NCBI GenBank assembly: GCA_002269645.1 | Contig: NIVC01001068.1 | Coordinates: forward strand, 62,001-126,000 | Direction: 5' to 3' | Length of the DNA: 64,000 bases | Source of the DNA: Macrostomum lignano | Taxonomy: Eukaryota | Shown: piece by piece, positions 45,641-64,000 of the stretch | How positions within the stretch are numbered: position 1 is the first letter of the stretch | Layout: every line of letters starts with the position of its first letter | Position numbers and translations under genes: made by a program | Notes under the pieces: generated by a model | The model's database searches: none | Seen by the model: only the letters and a program-made list of their open reading frames with translations | What the model was told of the DNA's origin: nothing

Positions 45641-48637
45641 TTTTAAAGGATCCAAGGTACATAGGGAGAGTCAGGGAGAGGCCAGAGTTTGCCAATACAT
45701 GTTTTAGAGTCAGACAGACATTGCCTGACATTCTGTGAAGTAACCCAGCCAACAATATCAATGTTTGCTTCAAATCCTAATTTTACACTAATGTGTTCAT
45801 TTTATGTCTACCTCTATCCTACTAACTATTAACAAGTTTTTGTTTGTGTATGACCATAGATTTCAGAATATACATGCAAAAGTAGTTCCGGGGATTGGAA
45901 TTCCCCGGGTTCAAAATCCGCGGGTTTCAACAGCTTGTATTTTAATAATTATAAAACTATTTACATAGGCCCCAGAATGTAGCCAAGGTCAACTATTTAG
46001 GTTTTCAATTGTCTGATTTTGATTTGAACCATATCTTATATATTTAGTAATTTGATTTAATCCTGAATATTTTTCTCATCTCTAGTTAAGAGTATACATT
46101 GAATGATCTAAGAGGATTGACTAGGTTAGAGAGTGTACATTGAAGGGTGCCCCATCTCCTGCATTAGACTATGCCTGCATTGCCAAGGGCTAATCTACAT
46201 TGGATATTGTCTATAATAATGGCCATTGATTGCAATAAGATAAAGGCCAATTCTATGTAAAATAAAATCTATAGAATTAAAAATAAATAGTATTCAACTT
46301 GAAAAATCACTAAATTCAAGTCAATGGTCTAAATTCAAAATACTACAAATTACAATTGAAATTGATATATCACACCATAGCATGACAAAAAACACTGATA
46401 TATATTATTTAATATTATAATGATGACCATGCCTATCTCAAAAGCTTTTTAATATTGATCTATATTTGTAGCTAAAAACCATGACAAACTTAGCTTATAG
46501 GTTATATTAATTTACTTTATATGTTAAATATAAAAATGAGAATTAAGAAATCTTATACTCATAGGCCATAAGCCATATTAGAGCAAATGTATAGGTTTTG
46601 TCACATACTAGATGTATATCTCTAGTCTCTAAATAGACTAGAGAGATGAGGAGAAAGAAGATCTCTAGTCTTCTAGTTCTCTAGAAGACTAGAGAATGCT
46701 AAGAAAAGCATTTTAATGTATTTTATAAGCCAAGGTTTATTTATTGGCTTTTATCTCCTAGCTTAAACCCTTGAACAACATCTTTCTATATTATCCTCTA
46801 TCTCACCTAGTTTTTATTGACTTTCTCAGAATTCTAGCTAAAAGCTGCCATGTACATTTTAAATGGACTGGCTAACATATAATATATTATTGCTAGCTAA
46901 GAAATTTGTTTATGCTTGCAAGCTTAGGATTCTAAACTTATTGGCATTATTTTGTTAGACAATCCCCAAGCAAGTCAAATTTTGTTTTACAATCCCTATT
47001 AAAGAGTCAAAAAGGCACTCTAGTGTATAAAAAAATAATATTTAATATTTATTTTACATTTTATTCTTTTTGAAGTCCTTTCAAATCATCATTGCATGGC
47101 ATTGAAATGTAGCAGTAGCATAGAAAGTTATGGAAATGTAGCTTATATTCAATTGTGATACAATCATTTAAATGGTAAAATTATATGTAGGTGATTGTAG
47201 GATAAAACCCAAAGTGCTTGTAAGTTCCAAATTATGGTTACATCAATAATAAAATAGTATTAGAGGGATTGTATCTCAAAATTGAATGGATTAGTATGGT
47301 CTTAAATTCATAGTTTGATTGTCATTCTAGGCCCTATAAATATAGAATCCCAGTCGATATCAAATAGTATAGATAGATAGATAGGCATATATGGTTATAA
47401 AAAGACTTGTCTATGGTATGACCTAGGCTTATAGGCCTATTATAGGAAAATTTTGGTAAGGCCTGGGTCTTATAGGCTATCCATAGGCCTAGCAAAACTC
47501 TAATAAAAATAGATAGGCCTATTATAATTTTTTTGTCCTTAAAATATAAAACTTTTTGAGATTTAAGTCTTTCCAAAGATTAATATAATACTAAGCTAGG
47601 CCTATTTGAAATTAAAATCAGCAATCAAGAATCTCAAATTCAAAAAGCTTTTAATTAAAAAAGTATGATTCTTTGGTTTTAAAAAAAGCAGGAAATAAAA
47701 TAAAGTCCATGACATGACATTATGAAATTAGGAATTTGGCTCTAGTCTAGGCCTAATTAGGCCTACCTATAATAATATTAAACTAGGGCCTAGTTTATAT
47801 TCAGTTCAGACTAGAGATTAAGAGATATAGAGCCCATTATGGCATTAGGCCTATTATTATTATATCAATTTCAGACTTTACTTAATTACTAGGCCTATAG
47901 ACCTATCTGGCATAGTTCTAGTTTACTTCGTTATATTCCAACCCCCCTACCCTTGAATAGAGGGCGAAATAATTTAACGCAGTAAACTAGAACTATGCCA
48001 CCTATTTCTATATAGTAGCCTGCTAGCTGCTTGTCCACAATTAGGCCTAGGCCTAGTGCACCCAACCCTAGACCTAGTATATAGACTAGGCCCCTACAAT
48101 TACTAGACCCTAGAGTAGGGACTTCAGCAAGGGTCCCATGACTCACTGACTTGCCAATTTGACAAACTTGAAACAAGTAGGTTTTTGCGAATGAATCAAT
48201 TTCCTTTGCAATGTAGTTAAATAACATAGTCTAGTCAGTAGAGAAGAAAACGAATATCAGTAGAATAAGAGTTAAAATAGAAATTACGTAATTTTTGGTC
48301 AAATGAAAATTATCTGATTGCAAGCGTGTATAACAAACCCCATTCGTGTCGTGTTTATCAATAGGTTATTAGAATATTGGCATTCTGTTTAGATAGCCCA
48401 ATGACTTATTACTGTTTTTTTGTATGGAGCAGCGCATTTCTCTCAATTTCCTAAATATTATTGGAGTACCTTTTCACGCGCCTGCCTCAGCTTGGAATGG
48501 TTCCACAGTTATGACAATACTAGCGACTAATAGAGACAAAACAAATAAAGCATACTTAACATTGCCCTTCGCTCTAGATGTACGCGTACATGCAGGATTA
48601 ATTAGTCATGCATTTAACTGCGGGTAAATTCTACATG

Positions 48638-51120
48638 TACGAGGGTTGCTTTATATAAGTTTAGCCGAAAACTAGCAATCTACGTGATACGTGAATTCTA
48701 CATGTACGAGGGTTGCTTTATATAAGTTTAGCCGAAAACTAGCAATCTACGCCCCCCGTTGGGGAGCCAAAGAAATGCAATACACGTTTTTTTAATAAAC
48801 TACATGTATCCTTGAAATCTTAAAAAATCTCCTGTCAAACCTTGTAAGCCTTGACATGTCAGTAATTCCCCCCCCCACAAGCTTTAACATATCAACTTCC
48901 CCCCTTGAGCAATGCCCCCAATAAGCCTTGGAAATCTAAAAATATCTGTCAACCTTCTAACCCTAACCCTAGCCTAACCCTAACCCTAACCTAGTCCCTA
49001 GTCCCTCGATCTATTTCACCTCAGTGACACAGTACAGCAATTCCAGCTTCGCTTTCAACGCCTCTCCAAGCTCCTTGCAAAAGCTCAAGTGCTTTCCCTT
49101 GAGATTCTTCTTAATCTTCGGAAAGAGGAAGAAGTCAGCTGGAGCGAGGTTGGGTGAGTAGGCTGGATGTGGCAGCAGAGTCATGCAGCTGAGTCGATGC
49201 CAGAAACTCCTGTGTCACCCTGGCTCGGACTATCAGCTAGCGTTCAAAACGCTGATTTGCTATTACAAACTTATCAAGATATTTAATGCCACGCAGACCA
49301 TGCGTGCCCTCTCTGTGTTAATTCATCTAACTAGCCAACTATGCGAAAAGCAAATAAGATTGCAAGTAAACGGCACGGTCTCAGGTCTTTGGCCGCTCCT
49401 GATGGAGAAACTCCAGCAACCTGGGGCAAGCAAACACTTGATTACCAATGGAGTTGTCGTAACCCGGGTCGGTTTGAGTGCCCAGTCCCGAGTACAATAT
49501 ATATTATACGTGATATAACAGGCATTGTGACGCTCTATCTGTACTTTTATGGATACGAGCAGGCGTGACGACGCTCTGCGATAATAGTTCGATCCCTCTG
49601 GTGTTGTGACACTCAGAGTTCACGCTGCGGCTCGAGGTGTGGTGACACTCTCGAGTGCTTCTAGTCTCGATACTGTAGGTTGTACTCACTATAATGAGTA
49701 GACGGTACAGTACTACAAAAATTTATATGATCTCCCGGCGTTATGACGCTCTGGCAAGAACTCAGCCTAACAAGCTCCCCCATAAAAGAACGAACTCAAG
49801 CAGCAGGCGGCTTACCAGTGGCCAAATCGCCGTTACGTTTATTGATTCGCTCGTTGTACAGTGGCCAAATCGCCATTCTCGCGTTTGGTTTGCTCGTTGG
49901 TCAGTGCAGGTTATGAATTCTCCAAAGCTCTTCTTAAGGCTCTTCTTGTGTTTCTTTTCTCGCTGTATTAAATAACTAGTATTGCTGTTTATACGTCGAG
50001 TCCTGCACTTGTACTCTCCGAGCACACCAAAACAGAAAAACACAAACAGCACAAACCGGGACGAAGGGCAGGAGCAAGATCCCAAACCCTGGGGCCGATA
50101 GCCCCACCGGCTAAGCCCACCAAAACAAGCTACCCCAACAAAAAAAGACTGGCCGCGCCGGCCAGCCAATCAAAACCCCGCCTAGGGGGGGGGGAGGGGC
50201 CGCACCCGCGCCAAAGCTGGCCCGGCCGCAGCCAACCAGCCCTGAGCACGGGGCAGGGGCACGGCTGGGGAGGGGCACGCGCAAAGCCCGGCCGCTGGCC
50301 AGACCCTGCCACGCCCGCCAACCCCCCCCCCCCTAGCCAGCCCCAAAGTGCAACGCGCCCTGCCAACCGACAAGGGCGCATGCACTACAGAGTCACTGTG
50401 GCACCTTCCTCTGGTAGAATATGCGGCAGGATGCCACACCGCCGGAAGAAGACTGCTGTCATGGCCTTGCCGACACTCCTCTCCCGTAGGAAGTTGATGG
50501 GGCATTTCTCTTCGAAGGCAATCCACGCCTGCTCTAGGATTTCGTCTCTGGGTCATCCCCTGTCAGGATATTGTCCACCAATTTTGAAGCCCCTGCATTG
50601 AACTTTTTGAGCATGAATTTCGCAAACTCGCGAAACACGCGAGTGATGGGGCACCCAGCGTGCAGACACAATTTCCTCATGCCCAGATGATCATGCAAGA
50701 TAGGAATGGCACTTGAATCCGAAATTCCGACATGTTTTTTGAATTTTGGGAACTGTCGCTCGTCGATCTTCATCAAGCAGTCTTCGAACACTGGCCACTG
50801 TTGCGTTCGTAATATAGCCGAATTTGGCCTTCGCGTTCGTCATCGTCCAGCTCCAGGAGCCAGATCGAAAATTGACCAAACCAAACACACCATCGTCGGG
50901 ATGGGGCTTCATCACCCAACGCTGCAAGCGACAAGGACAAGGGTCTGGGGGTCGTATCACTTTTTCGACCACTGCATGCGTCGTAGCATTTTAGTCAAAG
51001 AGGCTGAAAATTGACATAAAAGGTTTCAATATCCACTGAAAAAAACACATAAAATCTCATTTCATTTGGATTAAAGGAATTAAGTTACATTTTTTGCAAA
51101 CTTTTTAAGCAGCCATCGTA
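48638..51120 (-). mobile_element. Decayed, interrupted mariner (Tc1/mariner) DNA transposon
   Basis: Frameshifted transposase pieces at about 50990-50385 (VRRLLDEDRR, ILHDHLGMRKL, NILTGD.DPETK, RSVGKAMTAVFF, GATVT) and about 49225-49030 (VTQEFL, HPAYSPNLAPADFFLFPKIK). TIR-like ends start TA-CGAGGGTTGCTT (48638, 48705) and TA-CGATGGCTGCTT (51120, minus strand). Confidence 0.9.
48957..49005. repeat. Interstitial telomere-like (CCCTAA)n tract
   Basis: CTAACCCTAACCCTAGCCTAACCCTAACCCTAACCTAGTCCCTAGTCCC. Confidence 0.6.
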
Positions 51121-52032
51121 CATCATGTACTGTTATTAGCTACTACTATAATTGTAGATTACCCTTCATGGACATGTAGAATAAAGTGACGTATAGTTTG
51201 GCGCATGCGTGCTGTTACCAGCTGCATGTGTGCAATAAAATATACATGCAGGCTATTTCCACCACAGCCATCTGTCAACTCGGGGGGAGGGCTGGGGGAT
51301 TGTTGCATGACGATTTGCCTGCAATGAAACTTTTTGTGCTAAAATGCAGATTTTACTTTTAAAATTACTTTTTTAATTGCAGGCGAGCAGGACTATATAA
51401 CAGTGTAAATATACAGTGTAAATTAGGCAGTTTCCTGAAGACGTCTACTAAGACAAAATGCATTGGCTAAAAAATAATAAACATCTTGTATCTGATGTTC
51501 GTCTTTTTTGTTAAGGATAATTTCCTCCACCTTACACAGAGCACATGCGGTCATTAAACACGTGTATAAATTGCCCTGTACATGTGTGAAAGCAGCTGTT
51601 CCACGTATGCAGTAATATTACATTACGTAATAATACCGTCAGTCAGCTGACGCGCTGACTCACTTGAGCAGCCATGTACGTGGCACGGCTTGGCAACCCA
51701 GTGGTGGGTTCTACTTGAATATACATATGTAAGCAAATTTACACATCCTAGCTTCCATGAAACCATACATGTACTGCACATGGGCGGTACCCAAAGAACA
51801 AAGAGCGCCTTAGTGCTGGCGCCCCTTATGCCCAAGTATGATAAAATATTTTCATAAGAATCTGAAGCCTTCATACGCATATACGTGGTATTTTTTATAT
51901 GCTCAGTCGATAGCAATATGGAGTCTGAGCTACGCAGTCTATGGCGTAAGTTATTCTCTTAATTTAGTTATAAACGATACAAGAGAAATAATTGTTTCAT
52001 TAATTTTAAAATCTATCAATAGATTAAAAATC

Positions 52033-59372
<7,340 letters not shown>

Positions 59373-59765
59373 TAACTAGCAGCTAGTGTTTAACAGGCGA
59401 GGCTAGGCTAGTATAGGTTTTCAATAATGTTACAAAAAAGGTCATAGCATATTTCTTAACTTCCATAGTTCCTTTTGACCTTTTAATAAATAGATATTGC
59501 GTAAGATTTTCGCGTCAAGACTTGAATTCTGTGCTAGCGTATGCAAGAAAGGTAAACAAATGGTTATTCTGTTTAATTTTATAACATAATAACAACAAGT
59601 TACAGAGGCGTACGCAATGCTGGCAGATAAAAATCATTTACTCATATTTTCTACTGTTATTAAGTGTCAGGCGAAGTAGTATACTCGGTTATTTCTGGTG
59701 AAATGTGCAGGTAATTGTTTTACTTTTAATTATTTCAACTCCCGAGACAATAAAATATATTTGAA

Positions 59766-62634
<2,869 letters not shown>

Positions 62635-63023
62635 TTCTATTAGAACAAGACACGACAAAAAGATATCGATTTATTGACAGGAATCAACTGTTGACTGAGT
62701 TTCTGTTGTGATTGATAATTTTAACCGAAATAGTCGTAGAATTTAAAATACGGGGCACAGCTAAGTACCATAGTAAACAGTTCTAGGACGCTTAAATTAT
62801 ATTTTATTACTTTTAGTGCCTTAAAAAGGTTTTATTTTAAATATTTTTACATTAAAATGTTTAAAAAACGAATAACTAACTATATAAGTATAAAACCTTT
62901 GTTTGAAATACTAAAGCTTCTCCTAGTAGCGATAAAATTTAACTTGCGTAGGTGACAGTTTTTTAGTTCTGAAAATACAAACGCCCAAATAAGAAATAGT
63001 TTTTAATACAAAGCCCTTCTATC

Positions 63024-63540
63024 ATGGCATCAGCAAGGGCAGTTACTGGAACAAGGTAGGTAAAAATATTTCAGGATTTGTGACAACAGAAAATGCTCTC
63101 CGAGGCTTAGGGCCACAGTACTTCGTAGTATAGAACTAAAAAATTGATGACATATTACTATACATTTGAGCTGCAATTAAAATATTTTTTAAAAGACTTG
63201 TATCAGAAAATTATGAAAATTTTCCGTCTTCACCACTATTATTTACTTGTGTAAAGAATTGATAAATTTAATTGTGACTAAAAATGTGACTAAAGATACA
63301 TAAAAACTAGAAAATCAAATCAAAATATAATTACATTTCTAATTGCACGTACCGAAGTTTTTCAAGGATAGTCAGTAAGCATCAGCAGACTATTAAAGGT
63401 ACTAAAATTTTTTTATTAATATAACATTTTCAGCGCCGTCAGCAACTTGCCGTCGGAGCCGACGCAGCTACCGGAATTGGAGATCCCCGAGAATCCTCCG
63501 GTTTCAAGCGATTCTGCCTTGGCTTTTCTGCGAGAGCTGC
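63024..63540 (+). CDS. First two coding exons of an unidentified gene; continues beyond the window
   Basis: 63024-63055 (MASARAVTGT, AG|GTAGGT) and 63434-63540 (..LPSEPTQLPELEIPENPPVSSDSALAFLREL, C|GTAAGT); phase-2 junction with a TTTTCAG acceptor. Confidence 0.7.
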
Positions 63541-64000
63541 GTAAGTTTAGCTTTAATGGGTCTGTGTTGAAGCAGAGATATGAAACATAATTTTATTTAT
63601 TTTTTATTGTATTTTCCTGGTTCCAGGAACTGTTCAATATTTAGCAATAATTCGGCTTTAAACATTTCCCCAGTGAAAAATGATTCATGGATTCCACGTG
63701 GGTTCCACGTGGCCATGTGGAATTTAAATGTTTCTTTAATTTTTGCAAATTAATGACTTAAAGATGACATAATGGTATGCAAAGTATTTTTTATGCATTA
63801 TTTTTTTATTTTTACTGTCCTAATGTTGATGTGGATTTTACAAGGAATTCATGAGAAATAAGCGTATATTGATTCAACATGGAATCCACTTCGATAAAAA
63901 ACTGTGATACACCTTATTTAGACGTTTTTATGAAATTACTAAAATTAATTATTATATTTATATGCTTTTAAGTAAAAATTATTATCTAAAAGCTAAATTA

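Noticed and set aside
45886-45910. GC hairpin CCGGGGATTGGAATTCCCCGG as a terminator or ncRNA
   Set aside because: Short, no U-tract or context; probably a TE relic.

Overview
Animal genomic DNA with GT-AG introns, short GC-rich exons and almost every large intron filled by its own micro/minisatellite. The style suggests a free-living flatworm such as Macrostomum (inference only). Nearly all long ORFs in the supplied track are repeat artefacts. Genes were rebuilt by hand from phase-compatible exons: (1) a DPP6/DPP10-like type II membrane dipeptidyl-peptidase homologue (minus, 17152 to <1, 14 exons in window); (2) an unidentified plus-strand gene whose exons interdigitate with it (about 6.3-14.4 kb); (3) the 3' exons of an unidentified minus-strand gene (23-25 kb); (4) a CMC1-like twin-CX9C protein; (5) a Max-like bHLH-ZIP with an expanded loop; (6) an intronless extended-Tudor ORF with a degenerate aromatic cage; (7) a decayed, interrupted mariner transposon; (8) a 7-exon orphan gene with a B-box-like N-terminus, a KH-like C-terminal region and an in-frame TAA in exon 2; (9) a SPAG8-like ciliary gene; (10) the start of a gene head-to-head with it. 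No rRNA, tRNA or CRISPR array was seen. The best leads are the interleaved antisense gene, inverted repeat arrays bracketing exons, the Tudor ORF with its foldback/E-box upstream element, and the orphan gene.
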